A stretch of DNA of 64,000 bases from an uncultured Corynebacterium sp. Lineage in GTDB: Bacteria; Actinomycetota; Actinomycetes; Mycobacteriales; Mycobacteriaceae. The notes below the pieces were generated by a model. That model worked only from the letters and a program-made list of their open reading frames with translations. It was not told the DNA's origin and searched no databases. Shown here piece after piece: positions 31,038 to 41,863 of this stretch (the stretch's first letter is position 1; the number at the start of each line of letters is the position of its first letter). The stretch is taken from contig NZ_CAMIHZ010000006.1 of NCBI RefSeq assembly GCF_946222305.1, positions 17,139 through 81,138 on the forward strand. The letters are read 5' to 3'. A program made the translations under genes and the position numbers.

Positions 31038-32317
31038 TGCAGGCCCCCCAGGAGAGAAAACCAGCCGTCACCGCCATTTCCATCATCGCGGTCGCGGCCG
31101 TGTTGCTCACCAGCGTTAATCTACGCAGCCCGGTGAGCTCGTTTTCTCCCATCGCGGATCAGGTTTCTGATGATCTTGGGGCGTCCTCCCTTTTCGTCGG
31201 ACTCGTGGGCATGGCCCCCACCTTGATGTTCGCTCTGGCCGCGGCACTGAGCGCGCCGCTGTCACGGGCGATGACTTTCCGCAAGACCGCAGCCACATCC
31301 ATGGTGGTCGCTGCCATCGGTTTTGGTGTGCGAACGTTTGCAAACAACGAGTTGATCTTCCTCATCGGCACGATGGTCGGGCTGATGGGCGTGGGCTTTA
31401 CCAATACCTTGCTACCCGCCGTCGTTAAGGATTACTTCCCATTTCGAATCACCGTGATGTCTATGGCCTACCTCGTGGTCGGTAATACCGCGATGGCCAC
31501 GGCATCCGTCGTCGCGGTTCCCTTGGCAGACTGGGGCGGGTGGCGTTTGGCCTTGGGATTGTGGGCGATCCCGCCAGTGCTCGCAGTCGCGTGTTGGGTT
31601 TTGCTCGTGCGCGTAGTGGGGCCCGAGGTGGGTGGCCGTCGGCGTCGAGAAAGAATCAAGGCCCAACGAGCAGCTGATAAAGCAGCCGGAGTGGCCAAGC
31701 AAAGCTACCGCCACATCTGGAAGCACCCAGTGAGCTGGGGCATCGTTCTGATGTTCGCGATGACGTCTTCGATGTCGTACTGCTTCATCACCTGGGCGCC
31801 GAAGATAGTGGTGGAATCCGGTGGTAGCGAGCAGCTCGGAGGAGTGGTGGGCGGGACCTTCGCACTGACCGGCATCGGGACGAGCGTGCTGGTGCCGTGG
31901 ATGGTCGGACGGTTCCAGCGCGGTTCATTGATGGTGACGCTGTACTCCTTCGTTGCGATGATGGGCGCACTGGTGTTGCTGCTGCGCGATCCGATGGAAG
32001 CGCCGTTTGTGTGGATTGTGCTGGTGGCGCTGGGATGCTCCACGTTTAACTTGGGGTTATTGCTGGTGGCTACTCGCACCCATGCGGCGGCCGCGGCGGC
32101 GGTGTTGTCCAGCGGGGCGCAGGCGGTGGGTTATTCCATCGCGAGTGTGGGGCCGTTCTTGTTTGGTCTGTTGTTTGAAGCCACTGGAAGTTGGAACGCG
32201 GGAATTTTCATGCTCATGGGGTTCAATGTGGTGCTGTTGGCCGCGGGCGTGGTGGCGAGCCGTGTGGTGTTTGTGGATGAACAGCCCGACCAGAAGGCAG
32301 CCACAGCTCGCGCGTGA
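31037..32317 (+). CDS. MFS transporter (CynX/NimT-like)
   Basis: 12-TM MFS protein. The preferred ATG at 31037 overlaps the metG stop (TAATG). Confidence 0.75.
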   Translation: MQAPQERKPAVTAISIIAVAAVLLTSVNLRSPVSSFSPIADQVSDDLGASSLFVGLVGMAPTLMFALAAALSAPLSRAMTFRKTAATSMVVAAIGFGVRTFANNELIFLIGTMVGLMGVGFTNTLLPAVVKDYFPFRITVMSMAYLVVGNTAMATASVVAVPLADWGGWRLALGLWAIPPVLAVACWVLLVRVVGPEVGGRRRRERIKAQRAADKAAGVAKQSYRHIWKHPVSWGIVLMFAMTSSMSYCFITWAPKIVVESGGSEQLGGVVGGTFALTGIGTSVLVPWMVGRFQRGSLMVTLYSFVAMMGALVLLLRDPMEAPFVWIVLVALGCSTFNLGLLLVATRTHAAAAAAVLSSGAQAVGYSIASVGPFLFGLLFEATGSWNAGIFMLMGFNVVLLAAGVVASRVVFVDEQPDQKAATARA

Positions 32318-32387
32318 CGGCTGCGGCTGTCGTTCGCCAGCCACGATTGGGGCAGGGATGCCTTCTTGGCGCGTTAGGGTAGTGGAC

Positions 32388-33263
32388 ATGGCTAAGAAGA
32401 AATCCCGTCCTACCCCAACGATTCCCGAAGCTGTTCCTTCTTTATTCGACGCCCATACGCACCTGTACGCCACGGTGCGGAAAATGGGTTTTGATGTAGC
32501 GGGGGATCCTAGCGCCTACCGCGAGGGTGTGCAGCACATCATGGAACGCGCCGGCCAAGCTGGTGTGCAGGGCGTGTGCACGGTGGGTGATGGGATCGCG
32601 GAAACGGAACGGGCAGTAGAGGCTGCTGGGTTCCACGATCGTGTGTGGGCTGCTGTGGCGGTGCATCCTACGGAGGCGCATACCGGGACGGAACCCGTGC
32701 GTGCTCGTTTAAAGGAATTGGCCAAGGATCAACGCTGTGTAGCCATTGGCGAGACTGGGTTGGACACGTACTGGATTGGCAAAGATGAGGACACCCCTAG
32801 CCTCGAGGTTCAGGAAGAAGCGTTCAGGTGGCACATTGATCTAGCGGTGGAGACGGGCAAGCCCCTGATGATTCACAATCGCGAAGCCGATGAGGAGATT
32901 CTGCGTGTCTTGGAGGATGCTCCGAAGCCGGAGACGGTCATCATGCATTGTTTTTCCTCCCCGCTAGCGGTGGCCAAAGAATGCTTGGAGCGGGGGTATG
33001 TGCTGTCGTTCTCGGGCAACGCCACTTTCAAGCGCAACGATGACCTGCGAGAGGCGCTGCGGATGGCCGATGCAGAGCAGATCTTGGTGGAAACCGATGC
33101 CCCTTTCATGACGCCGGAGCCTTACCGCGGTGCCAGGAATGAGCCGGCATTTGTGGGGCATACGGCACGGGCGCTGGCGGAAGTGCGCGGCATGGAACCA
33201 GAGGAGTTTGGCCGGCTGATTACTGCCAATGCACAAAGGATTTACGGAATTACATGGGAGTAA
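32388..33263 (+). CDS. tatD: TatD-family metal-dependent hydrolase/DNase
   Basis: FDAHTHL and HCFS motifs. Start set at MAKKK (ATG 32388). The longer ORF from 32007 overlaps the MFS gene. Confidence 0.85.
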   Translation: MAKKKSRPTPTIPEAVPSLFDAHTHLYATVRKMGFDVAGDPSAYREGVQHIMERAGQAGVQGVCTVGDGIAETERAVEAAGFHDRVWAAVAVHPTEAHTGTEPVRARLKELAKDQRCVAIGETGLDTYWIGKDEDTPSLEVQEEAFRWHIDLAVETGKPLMIHNREADEEILRVLEDAPKPETVIMHCFSSPLAVAKECLERGYVLSFSGNATFKRNDDLREALRMADAEQILVETDAPFMTPEPYRGARNEPAFVGHTARALAEVRGMEPEEFGRLITANAQRIYGITWE

Positions 33264-33541
33264 TTCGATAACGGTCTGTTATCTTTGGGGCGCTGTTTAA
33301 CCAAGTTACATCTGTGGCCTGTGTGATTTTTGTGACGGAAGAGAATTTGAGATAGCGATGTTTTCCCTGTTGAGACTGGGGAAGTGATTTGAGTGACATC
33401 TGGAACCAGTAATTTTGAAATGAACCTTTTGTTACCGTACTGTGACAAACTATCGAAAGAGGAAACCGCCCTCGCCGCTACGCGAGGACACAATAGCTCC
33501 ACAGAAAAACGGGCTGAATAGCACGAGAGGTTATCGATCGA

Positions 33542-34729
33542 GTGTCTCCTAAGAAGAAGTCTTCCCTGCACCGCATCAACAACACCAACTCCACGCCACT
33601 GCGTGTGGCGACCGGTGGCATGCTCGCCACCCTCGTCGTTGGTGGCGGTGTCGCCGTAGCGGGTCAAAAAGATGTCACCGTTGACGTTAACGGCAAAATC
33701 GTCGAAGCCAGCACCATGTCTGGCACCGTTGAAGGGGCGCTGAAGTCCGCAGGTGTCAATGTCGACCAGCGCTCCATGGTTACCCCAGCTCTGGGTGAAT
33801 CCATCGGTGATTCGGATACCATCACCGTCCGCACCCCACGCCAGGTCAGCTTGGTCGTGGATGGTCGCAAGCAGACCGTCGATACCACTGCCCTGACTGT
33901 CGGCAACCTGCTCGATCAGCTGGGTCGTTCCGATGCAGCCGAGCTGCTCTCCGATGCCCGCGGGGAGCGTATCCCAGAAGAGGGCATGACCCTAGAGGTC
34001 ACCACCCCAAAGAAGTTCACCCTCAACGATGGTGGCGAGTTCGGCAAGATGAGCCTGCCAGCACGCACTGTTGGGGACATCTTCAAGCTGCGTGGTACCC
34101 CGCTGGGTAAGGCCGATGTCGTCAAGCCAGCCGCCAACACCCCGTTGAAGGATGGCATGCACATCGACGTCACCCGCGTGACCAAGAAGCGCGTGACCGC
34201 AGATCGTGTCGTCGAGGCTCCAGTGAAGGTCAAGGAAGATTCTAACCTTCCCAAGGGTGAAGAAAAGGTTATCCGCGCAGGTAAACCGGGCAAGGCTCGT
34301 GATGTCTTTACCGTTCGCAGCGAAAACGGCAACGAAACCTCCCGCGAACTGATCAAGACCCGCGAAATCGTCAAGCCTCAGGTTCGTATCGTTATCCGCG
34401 GAACCAAGGTAGAAGAAACCAAGTCAGCTGCAGACGACAAGTCAGGTGGCAACACCGGTGCAGCAGCACCAGCTGTTGCAGGCGACTCCGTATGGGACCA
34501 GATTGCACAATGTGAGTCCACCGGTAACTGGTCCATCAACACCGGCAATGGATTCTCCGGTGGTCTGCAGTTCACCCCATCCACCTGGGCTGGCTTCGGT
34601 GGTACCGAGTACGCACCAGCAGCTCACATGGCAACCCGCGAACAGCAAATTGCAGTGGCGAAGCGCGTGCAGGCTGCCCAGGGTTGGGGCGCATGGCCGG
34701 CATGTACCTCTAAGTTGGGACTGCGCTAA
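33542..34729 (+). CDS. rpfB: Resuscitation-promoting factor RpfB (DUF348 repeats, G5 domain, transglycosylase-like catalytic domain)
   Basis: C-terminal Rpf domain with the catalytic motif CESTGNW...[10 protein letters not shown]. Confidence 0.9.
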   Translation: MSPKKKSSLHRINNTNSTPLRVATGGMLATLVVGGGVAVAGQKDVTVDVNGKIVEASTMSGTVEGALKSAGVNVDQRSMVTPALGESIGDSDTITVRTPRQVSLVVDGRKQTVDTTALTVGNLLDQLGRSDAAELLSDARGERIPEEGMTLEVTTPKKFTLNDGGEFGKMSLPARTVGDIFKLRGTPLGKADVVKPAANTPLKDGMHIDVTRVTKKRVTADRVVEAPVKVKEDSNLPKGEEKVIRAGKPGKARDVFTVRSENGNETSRELIKTREIVKPQVRIVIRGTKVEETKSAADDKSGGNTGAAAPAVAGDSVWDQIAQCESTGNWSINTGNGFSGGLQFTPSTWAGFGGTEYAPAAHMATREQQIAVAKRVQAAQGWGAWPACTSKLGLR

Positions 34730-34738
34730 GCTGCTGGA

Positions 34739-35680
34739 GTGGCCCAACCTTCCCAACCTATCCAGCTTTTAGGCCCAGCTCAGGTCCGCGAACTCGCGGC
34801 GGAGCTGGGAATTACGCCTACGAAAAAGCTGGGGCAGAACTTCGTTCACGATCCCAACACGGTCCGCAAAATCGTCACGGCGGCCGACGTTGGTTCCCAC
34901 GACCACGTCATTGAGGTCGGTCCCGGATTGGGTTCGCTTACTCTGGCTCTGCTGGAATCGGTAAATACCGTCACTGCCGTTGAGATTGATCCGCGCCTAG
35001 CCCAAAAACTCCCCGCGACGGTGCACAAATACGCTGCGGGGGCAGCGGAGAAGCTGGGCGTCATTGAAATGGACGCCCTCAAGGTGACCCGCGCCGATTT
35101 TGAAGCAGCCGGTCGACCCCTGCCCACGGCATTGGTGGCAAACCTGCCGTACAACGTGTCGGTACCGGTGCTGCTGCACCTGCTGGAGGAATTCCCCACC
35201 ATCGACCGCGTGCTCGTGATGGTGCAACTGGAGGTTGCCGATCGATTGGCGGCCAAACCAGGTTCGAGAATTTACGGAGTCCCCAGCGTCAAAGCTGGCT
35301 ACTACGGTGCTGTCTCGCGGGCGGCAACGATCGGCAAAAACGTGTTCTGGCCAGCGCCGAAGATTGATTCGGGATTAGTGCGCATCGATCGTTACGCCAA
35401 CGACGACCGGCCATGGGCGAATACCGTGCCACAGCTGCATACTTCGGCCGAACAGGCCTTGCGTAAAGAGACCTTCGCTCTGGCGGATGCTGCGTTCCTG
35501 CAGCGACGGAAGACCCTCCGCGCGGCGCTCAGCGGACATTTCGGGGGAGGTCAACAGGCTGAAGCTGCACTGCTAGCTGCCGGGATAGATCCCAAGGAGC
35601 GGGGAGAGAAGTTGTCTACTGCCGATTTCGTTCGGTTGGCGACGCCAACTCCAGTGAATAAGGAGACCCACGATGGCTAA
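34739..35680 (+). CDS. rsmA: 16S rRNA (adenine1518/1519-N6)-dimethyltransferase
   Basis: KKLGQNF ... [13 protein letters not shown]-binding motifs; GTG start. Confidence 0.85.
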   Translation: MAQPSQPIQLLGPAQVRELAAELGITPTKKLGQNFVHDPNTVRKIVTAADVGSHDHVIEVGPGLGSLTLALLESVNTVTAVEIDPRLAQKLPATVHKYAAGAAEKLGVIEMDALKVTRADFEAAGRPLPTALVANLPYNVSVPVLLHLLEEFPTIDRVLVMVQLEVADRLAAKPGSRIYGVPSVKAGYYGAVSRAATIGKNVFWPAPKIDSGLVRIDRYANDDRPWANTVPQLHTSAEQALRKETFALADAAFLQRRKTLRAALSGHFGGGQQAEAALLAAGIDPKERGEKLSTADFVRLATPTPVNKETHDG

Positions 35681-36713
35681 CCCATCCGCGGCCCCGCATA
35701 CTGTGACCGCGCGTGCTTTCGGAAAAGTGAATCTGCACCTCGGTGTGGGCGATGCCCGCGAAGATGGCTATCACGAACTCACCACGGTGTTCCAAGCTGT
35801 CGATCTGCACGAGGATGTCACCTTGGTCCGGGAGGACGAACAACAGGGGACGTTGGGGTTGACCGTCGATAGTGTTTTCGGTGACGACGTGCCAACCGAT
35901 CCCTCCAATCTGGCATGGCGTGGTGTGGAACTCGTGCGCGAGATCGCCAGGGAACATGTTCAGCGGGGCGAGGTTGTGCTGAGTGATCCCGAAGTGGGCT
36001 TGCGCATCGACATCGCCAAGGGAGTGCCCATGGCTGGTGGAATGGCGGGTGGTTCCGCGGATGCCGCCGCGGCGATGGTGGCAGCCGCAGCCTTCTTTTG
36101 GCCTGCAGATGCTATCCCCGAAGCAGAGCTGCGGTCCCGCGCTGTGAGTTTGGGTGCAGACGTACCCTTTTGCCTACTCGGCGGCACCGCCTTAGGAACG
36201 GGCATCGGCGAAAACCTATCCCCAGTGCTGACCCGCGGAAAATACCACTGGGTAATGGTGACGAACAAGAAGGGGCTATCCACCCCGAAGGTGTTCAAAA
36301 AGCTCGATGAACAGCGCGAACTTATTGCTCAAGGAGAGCGCCCAGACGTGCGCGCCGGGGATCCCGGGGCGGTCATCACGAGCTTGCGCAGCGGTGATCC
36401 GGAGCAACTGGCACAACACCTCGCCAATGACCTCCAGGCCCCTGCCGTGAGCTTGTTCCCAGAGCTCCGGGAAACCCTGGGGATCGCTCGCCAAACGGGA
36501 GCGCTACAGGCAATCGTTTCGGGCTCGGGCCCGACCGTGGCGGTCCTGTGCCGTGACGAAGACCATGCTGGGGAAGTCCTTGGCGGCATCACGGGTGCAG
36601 CTCGCGGGGTTCGCGCGGTGCTAGCGACCTCGCCTGCCGGTGGTGCCCGCGTCATTGAACGTTATTCGAACAACAACACAGAAAGGTGCGTGCCCCTTGG
36701 CCGGCCCGACTAA
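35673..36713 (+). CDS. ispE: 4-diphosphocytidyl-2-C-methyl-D-erythritol kinase
   Basis: GHMP kinase motifs ([18 protein letters not shown]). Overlaps the rsmA stop by 8 nt. Confidence 0.85.
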   Translation: MANPSAAPHTVTARAFGKVNLHLGVGDAREDGYHELTTVFQAVDLHEDVTLVREDEQQGTLGLTVDSVFGDDVPTDPSNLAWRGVELVREIAREHVQRGEVVLSDPEVGLRIDIAKGVPMAGGMAGGSADAAAAMVAAAAFFWPADAIPEAELRSRAVSLGADVPFCLLGGTALGTGIGENLSPVLTRGKYHWVMVTNKKGLSTPKVFKKLDEQRELIAQGERPDVRAGDPGAVITSLRSGDPEQLAQHLANDLQAPAVSLFPELRETLGIARQTGALQAIVSGSGPTVAVLCRDEDHAGEVLGGITGAARGVRAVLATSPAGGARVIERYSNNNTERCVPLGRPD

Positions 36714-38586
36714 CCTCATCAACCTCGAGAATGTCTCCAAGACTTACGGTCTGAAGACACTGCTGGATGGCGTGAGTCTCGGTGTCAACGTGGGCGATCG
36801 CATCGGCGTGGTTGGCTTAAACGGTGGTGGAAAGTCCACCTTGCTGAAGATTCTCAGTGGCGCGGACACCCCCGACTCGGGCCGCGTCGCGGTGATGAAC
36901 GACCTCCGGCTTGCCATGGTTACCCAGGATGTGCTGCGGGAAGTCTTGGTGGATGACTCGCGTGCGGGAACTACTGTTGGCGACGCCGTTCTGGGCCCCT
37001 TAGATCTCGAAGTGTACGAATGGGCCTCCAACCCTAAGGTCCGCAATGTCCTCAATGGGCTTGGCGTTGCAGAACTCGGTTTGGACACCCCCGTTCGAGA
37101 TCTTTCCGGTGGCGAGCGCCGTCGCACAGGCTTGGCAGCGGCACTCGTGCGTGACCTCGACCTGCTCATTCTCGATGAGCCCACCAACCACCTCGACGTG
37201 GAAGGTGTGCAGTGGTTGGCTGAGCACCTGTTGAGCCGAAACACGGCACTGGTGGTCGTTACTCACGACCGTTGGTTCCTCGATACGGTCGCAACGACCA
37301 CCTGGGAAGTTCACGATGGTGCGGTGGATGTGTACGAGGGTGGCTATAACGATTGGACTTTCGCGCGAGCCGAACGCGCCCGGCAAGCCGATGCCGCGGA
37401 ACAGCGCCGCCAAAACTTGGCGCGGAAGGAATTGGCGTGGCTGCGTCGAGGTGCCCCAGCCCGAACCTCCAAACCCCGCTACCGGATCGAGGCGGCCGAA
37501 GCCCTGATCAACGATGTTCCACCGATGCGAAACAAGGTGGAACTCATGGCGTTTTCCGCCCGCCGTCAGGGCAAGAAAGTCATCGACTTGGAAAACGCTA
37601 CGGTCACCACGCCCGACGGTCGGGTGTTGGTCGAAGACCTCACGTGGCGGTTGGGCCCGGGTGAGCGCATCGGCCTGGTTGGTGTTAACGGCAGTGGTAA
37701 AACCACTTTGCTGCGCACGCTTGCGGGTGAATACCCCTTGCAGGCTGGTCAGCGCAAGGAAGGCAAAACCGTCCGGTTGGGTTGGCTGCGCCAGGAATTG
37801 GATGACCTCGATCCGCAGCGGCGACTGCTGGATGCAGTGGAAGACGTCGCCACGTACGTCACCATTGGCGACAAGGAACTCAGCGCCTCCCAAATGGCGG
37901 AGCGGCTGGGCTTTTCTGCCAAACGCCAGCGCACCCCGGTCGGGGATCTCTCCGGTGGCGAGCGCCGTCGCTTGCAGCTGACCCGCGTGCTCATGGCGGA
38001 ACCGAACGTGCTGTTGCTCGACGAGCCCACCAACGACCTAGACATCGACACCCTCCAGGAGCTCGAAAGCTTGCTGGATGGCTGGCCGGGCACGCTCGTG
38101 GTTATTTCCCACGATCGCTACCTCATCGAGCGCATCTGTGATTCCACTTGGGCGCTATTCGGGGACGGCAATCTGACCAACCTGCCCCGCGGCATCGAAC
38201 AATATTTGGAGCGCCGCTCTGAGCTGGCCCGCGCCGCCGGCAAGAACGACAACGTGCTGCATTTCGGGGAGGCTCGCGGCAGTTCCGGTGGATCTTCTTC
38301 GGATTCTTTATCTGACGCCAAATCTTCCGATACACCGCGCCTGAGCAGCCAAGAAGAACGCCAGCTGCGCAAGGACATGAACGGCATTGAACGGAAAATG
38401 GGCAAGCTCGACGACAAAATTGCGGATTTGCACAAGCGGATGGAAGCAGCGGCTGCCGAGGCGTCTTCCGGCAATATCGATACCGAGAAACTCAGCGCGC
38501 TGGATGCAGATCTCCACGCCGCGCAAGGAGAGTACGAGGAGCTGGAAATGCAGTGGCTGGAGCTGGGGGAGCAGCTAGAAGGCTAG
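36697..38586 (+). CDS. ABC-F family ATPase (two ABC cassettes and a C-terminal coiled coil, Uup/EttA-like)
   Basis: Two Walker A sites (GLNGGGKST, GVNGSGKTT), two LSGGE signatures, and a Ser-rich linker with a coiled-coil tail. Start proposed at TTG 36697 ([15 protein letters not shown]) with a GAAAGG RBS. The alternative ATG at 36640 lies deeper inside ispE. Confidence 0.8.
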   Translation: MAGPTNLINLENVSKTYGLKTLLDGVSLGVNVGDRIGVVGLNGGGKSTLLKILSGADTPDSGRVAVMNDLRLAMVTQDVLREVLVDDSRAGTTVGDAVLGPLDLEVYEWASNPKVRNVLNGLGVAELGLDTPVRDLSGGERRRTGLAAALVRDLDLLILDEPTNHLDVEGVQWLAEHLLSRNTALVVVTHDRWFLDTVATTTWEVHDGAVDVYEGGYNDWTFARAERARQADAAEQRRQNLARKELAWLRRGAPARTSKPRYRIEAAEALINDVPPMRNKVELMAFSARRQGKKVIDLENATVTTPDGRVLVEDLTWRLGPGERIGLVGVNGSGKTTLLRTLAGEYPLQAGQRKEGKTVRLGWLRQELDDLDPQRRLLDAVEDVATYVTIGDKELSASQMAERLGFSAKRQRTPVGDLSGGERRRLQLTRVLMAEPNVLLLDEPTNDLDIDTLQELESLLDGWPGTLVVISHDRYLIERICDSTWALFGDGNLTNLPRGIEQYLERRSELARAAGKNDNVLHFGEARGSSGGSSSDSLSDAKSSDTPRLSSQEERQLRKDMNGIERKMGKLDDKIADLHKRMEAAAAEASSGNIDTEKLSALDADLHAAQGEYEELEMQWLELGEQLEG

Positions 38587-38733
38587 GCACTGCCCTCGGG
38601 GCGGGTGGCCCCAGGGTTCCGACAGCCTTTCGAGCGGTTGGTTTTTCCGTATCGCGCAAGACCGTTGCCCGCACTGTGTTGCGCACCTGTAGACCACACC
38701 GTGCTGTTCTGGTCGTTGTCTGCAACGTACCAA

Positions 38734-39366
38734 TTACATGTTGTCCACACCGTATTGAGCTTGCGCAGGTGTGAATCCTTCGTAAATCAGCTGGTCTACC
38801 AAGCCGTTGTCGGAAAGTCCCAGGCCGGTGCTGTCGTAGGAACGAGCTTTGAGCACGGCCTGTTGGTTCCAATCGACACTGATATTGGCCATCGCGTAGT
38901 CGATGGCCGATGGAGGAAATTGTTCAAATTGGAGCTGCTTCCGTAAACCGGAAGCGGAAAATGGCATCGTATTGAGGTAGCTTTCCGCCTTCAGCAGCGC
39001 ATTTCGATTCTCACGGGCCACACCGTTATCGCTGGCTGAACCTTGGTTGGAAAACGGATTTCCACCGGATACGAAGTCTCCAGATTCATCTTCCCCGGTT
39101 TGCCCCACAGGCTCCGGTTGTGCAGCTTGATTCAGTGATCCCTGATTCGTGTCGCCTGAACCTATGGCATTTCCACCAGCGGAAGCTCCGGGAGTTGGAT
39201 TAGGTTTTGCGCTCTCCCGTGGCTTGGGCTTGACGATCGACGTGCTAGGAGTGGTCTCCACGTGGGAAGCAGTGGGTTCGGGAGAGCTACAGGCGCTCAG
39301 GAGGAAGAGCACGGCAGATCCGGCGATGATTAGTGAGCGACGGGGATGCATGGGGATGCTGTTCAT
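38734..39366 (-). CDS. Lipoprotein with a duplicated C-terminal Ltp-like (host cell surface-exposed lipoprotein, PF07553-type) domain
   Basis: Signal peptide with a lipobox (LLSAC), a Pro/Ser/Gly-rich linker, and two ~45-aa repeats of the type AESYL...F(S/T)...L..QL..EGFT...A.YG. Confidence 0.6.
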   Translation of the reverse strand: MNSIPMHPRRSLIIAGSAVLFLLSACSSPEPTASHVETTPSTSIVKPKPRESAKPNPTPGASAGGNAIGSGDTNQGSLNQAAQPEPVGQTGEDESGDFVSGGNPFSNQGSASDNGVARENRNALLKAESYLNTMPFSASGLRKQLQFEQFPPSAIDYAMANISVDWNQQAVLKARSYDSTGLGLSDNGLVDQLIYEGFTPAQAQYGVDNM

Positions 39367-39752
39367 AGAGCCAGAACCTTTCGAAGAAAATCTCGCCTGA
39401 TCACCGTGTCAGGAGAGTGGCTGTATCGCGCCTTCACATGAGCAGTCGAAGCAGCGGCCATGATCGAGCGCAGAACTGAGGAGGGTGGTTGCAATCGACT
39501 TCGGTTCTTCGCCTTAAGGTGAGTAACTGGCTTCGTTATAACCACGATGACACTATCTCACTGGACCCGGACACCGTCGATCGAACGTTCGGTTTTGTGT
39601 TCTAAAGATGAGGTCATGCGGCTTGTTCGATCTGCAATTCTTAGTCGACGTCGCACGCTTCCATTCGCACCAAGACTCGCTCTGAGCTTGTGTTTTCTGC
39701 CACTGACCTCGAATGATGCGAATGCGCCCCGCATCGGCCTACAGTCGGAACC

Positions 39753-40079
39753 ATGATTTTGATTAACGTTCGATTCAAGCCACTGCCCGAGTACGTCGAT
39801 AACTTCCGTGAGGTCGTGACCGAGTTCACCGAGGCGACACGCAAGGAAGACGGTTGCCTGTTCTTCGACTGGTTCCGCAACACCGATAACCCCGACGAGT
39901 ACATCCTCATTGAAGGCTTCAAGGATGACGCTGCGGAGGCTCACGTTAACTCCGAGCACTTCCAGAAGGCCACGGAATTGTTCCCCAAGGTGCTGACCGA
40001 AACCCCACAGATCGTCAACACCACTATCGAGGGCAAGACAGAGTGGGACCGTATGGCGGAGTTCCGAGTAGAGAACTAA
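39753..40079 (+). CDS. Antibiotic biosynthesis monooxygenase (ABM) family protein
   Basis: 108 aa ferredoxin-like fold resembling YgiN-type quinol monooxygenases. Confidence 0.65.
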   Translation: MILINVRFKPLPEYVDNFREVVTEFTEATRKEDGCLFFDWFRNTDNPDEYILIEGFKDDAAEAHVNSEHFQKATELFPKVLTETPQIVNTTIEGKTEWDRMAEFRVEN

Positions 40080-40100
40080 CCGCCCCTCGGCCTTTTGGGA

Positions 40101-40168
40101 TCCGCAGCACTGTTGAACTCTTTGGGGGTTCGCAGAACTGTTGAAAAAGGGTCGCAGCTCTGTCGGAG
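40101..40168 (+). repeat. Three imperfect direct repeats (consensus tCGCAGnaCTGTtGaa) in the leader region upstream of sdaA
   Basis: tccgcagcactgttgaac (40101-40118); ttcgcagaactgttgaaa (40129-40146); gtcgcagctctgtcggag (40151-40168). Confidence 0.6.
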
Positions 40169-40189
40169 ATAATCATTACACTGGCAACC

Positions 40190-41704
40190 ATGACTGTCAG
40201 CGTTTTTGATCTCTTCAAGATCGGTGTGGGACCATCCTCATCCCACACTGTCGGACCCATGCGCGCGGGGTGGGCGTTCGCCACCGAACTACGCAAACGC
40301 TGGATCGCTGCTGCGGGAAGCGAAGGCGAGGCCACGCAGAGTGAAAGCAGCGCAGAAGACGCACCCGATCATGCCCTCGAGCCTGTTACTCAGGAAAAGA
40401 TCGCCGGTGTGGTTTCCCCGGTGACGTCGCAGCAAAGCCCCGTGGGTCGTTCCATCTCCGTGGTGTTATACGGTTCGCTGGCTGCCACCGGCGCTGGACA
40501 CGGAACCCTCGATGCCTGCCTTCTGGGGCTTGATGGATCGGATCCCTCAACGGTTGATCCCGACTACATGACCATGCGGATCAAGCAGATCCGCGAGACA
40601 CGTACCATCTACCTCGCAGGAGATAAGAACCTGCCGGTGACCTGCGGCTTCGAAGACATCATCCTTCGTCCCGCTGTTCGTCGTACGATCCACACGAATG
40701 CTGTGACGTTTGTAGGGATCCCCGATAGCGAGCACGACGGTTTCAAGCAGACCTATTACTCCATCGGCGGTGGTTTCATCCGCACCGAGCAGGAAGTGCC
40801 CACCCTCGACGGCATCACCGGCGAATGGGTTTTCGATTCCGGTGACAAGCTCATTGCACTCGCCGAGAACTCCGGTGTTTCCTTTGGAACCGTGCAGCGC
40901 GAGTGCGAGCGTTCGCTGCGCAGCGATGAAGAAATCGACCGGCTCCTTGACGAAATTGCCCAAGCCATGCAGGACTGTGCCAAGCGCGGAATCTCCTACG
41001 ATGGCCTGCTGCCGGGCAACCTTCATGTTCGACGCCGCGCCAAGCGCTGGTATGACCAATTGCAGGACGAAGATCCTCACCGGTCAGCGGAGTTCTCGGA
41101 AGACTGGGTGAATCTCGTTGCCCTCGCTGTTAACGAGGAAAACGCCGCCGGTGGGCGTGTTGTCACCGCACCCACCAATGGCGCTGCGGGCATCATCCCC
41201 GCCGTCATGTTTTATGCCCGTGAATTCACCACGGCGGGCAAGGAAGATCCCAAGGCAGCGGACCGCACATTCCTGCTGGCCGCGGGCGCCGTGGGGTCGC
41301 TGTACAAGGAACGCGCAAGCATTTCCGGTGCCGAGGTGGGGTGCCAAGGTGAGGTGGGCTCCGCGGCCTCGATGGCAGCTGCGGGTCTGGCCGAAGTCCT
41401 CGGCGGAACACCCCGGCAAGTTGCCAACGCGGCAGAGATCGCCATGGAGCATTCATTGGGTTTGACCTGCGATCCCATCGGCGGACTGGTACAGATTCCG
41501 TGCATCGAACGCAACGCGATCAGCGCCGGAAAAGCGATTAACGCAGCCAAGATGGCTTTGCGTGGCGATGGAGAACATCACGTCACCTTGGATGAGGTCA
41601 TAGAGACGATGCGCCAAACGGGTGCCGATATGTCCTCGAAGTACAAGGAAACTGCCGGCGGCGGACTTGCGGTCAACGTCGCCGTCAACGTGCCGGAATG
41701 TTAA
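40190..41704 (+). CDS. sdaA: L-serine ammonia-lyase (single-chain Fe-S L-serine dehydratase)
   Basis: N-terminal [19 protein letters not shown] beta-domain and a C-terminal alpha-domain carrying a cluster-ligating Cys. Confidence 0.9.
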   Translation: MTVSVFDLFKIGVGPSSSHTVGPMRAGWAFATELRKRWIAAAGSEGEATQSESSAEDAPDHALEPVTQEKIAGVVSPVTSQQSPVGRSISVVLYGSLAATGAGHGTLDACLLGLDGSDPSTVDPDYMTMRIKQIRETRTIYLAGDKNLPVTCGFEDIILRPAVRRTIHTNAVTFVGIPDSEHDGFKQTYYSIGGGFIRTEQEVPTLDGITGEWVFDSGDKLIALAENSGVSFGTVQRECERSLRSDEEIDRLLDEIAQAMQDCAKRGISYDGLLPGNLHVRRRAKRWYDQLQDEDPHRSAEFSEDWVNLVALAVNEENAAGGRVVTAPTNGAAGIIPAVMFYAREFTTAGKEDPKAADRTFLLAAGAVGSLYKERASISGAEVGCQGEVGSAASMAAAGLAEVLGGTPRQVANAAEIAMEHSLGLTCDPIGGLVQIPCIERNAISAGKAINAAKMALRGDGEHHVTLDEVIETMRQTGADMSSKYKETAGGGLAVNVAVNVPEC

Positions 41705-41863
41705 ATCCGCTCGAGGGCAGGGGAGCATGGCGTCGGTATAAAGAAAAGGGGTAGAAGCCCCAAGAAGGCAGGGGGCGCCCACCGGAGTACAAAGGGTAGT
41801 AGCTGCGCGATACCTGAGAAGAAATTAGGGAAGCTAGCGAAAACCTAGGTAAAATGTGGACCC

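Noticed and set aside
32007-32387. N-terminal 127-aa extension of the tatD ORF, rich in Cys/Trp/Arg
   Set aside because: It overlaps the 3' end of the MFS gene in another frame and is compositionally non-protein-like. The TatD homology begins at MAKKK (32388).
37000-37893. 297-aa antisense ORF inside the ABC-F ATPase gene, and 36744-37244 likewise
   Set aside because: The sense strand has two complete ABC cassettes. The antisense products are low-complexity.
39547-39756. 69-aa ORF upstream of the ABM gene, and other 60-100-aa ORFs in intergenic gaps (for example 54700-54987, 54825-55232, 56654-56839)
   Set aside because: They have no RBS or start context, an atypical composition, overlap one another, and show no homology signal.
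40081-40100. Possible terminator hairpin right after the ABM gene (gcccctcggccttttggg)
   Set aside because: The stem is short and imperfect. It cannot be distinguished from chance, and the downstream repeats are the more striking feature.
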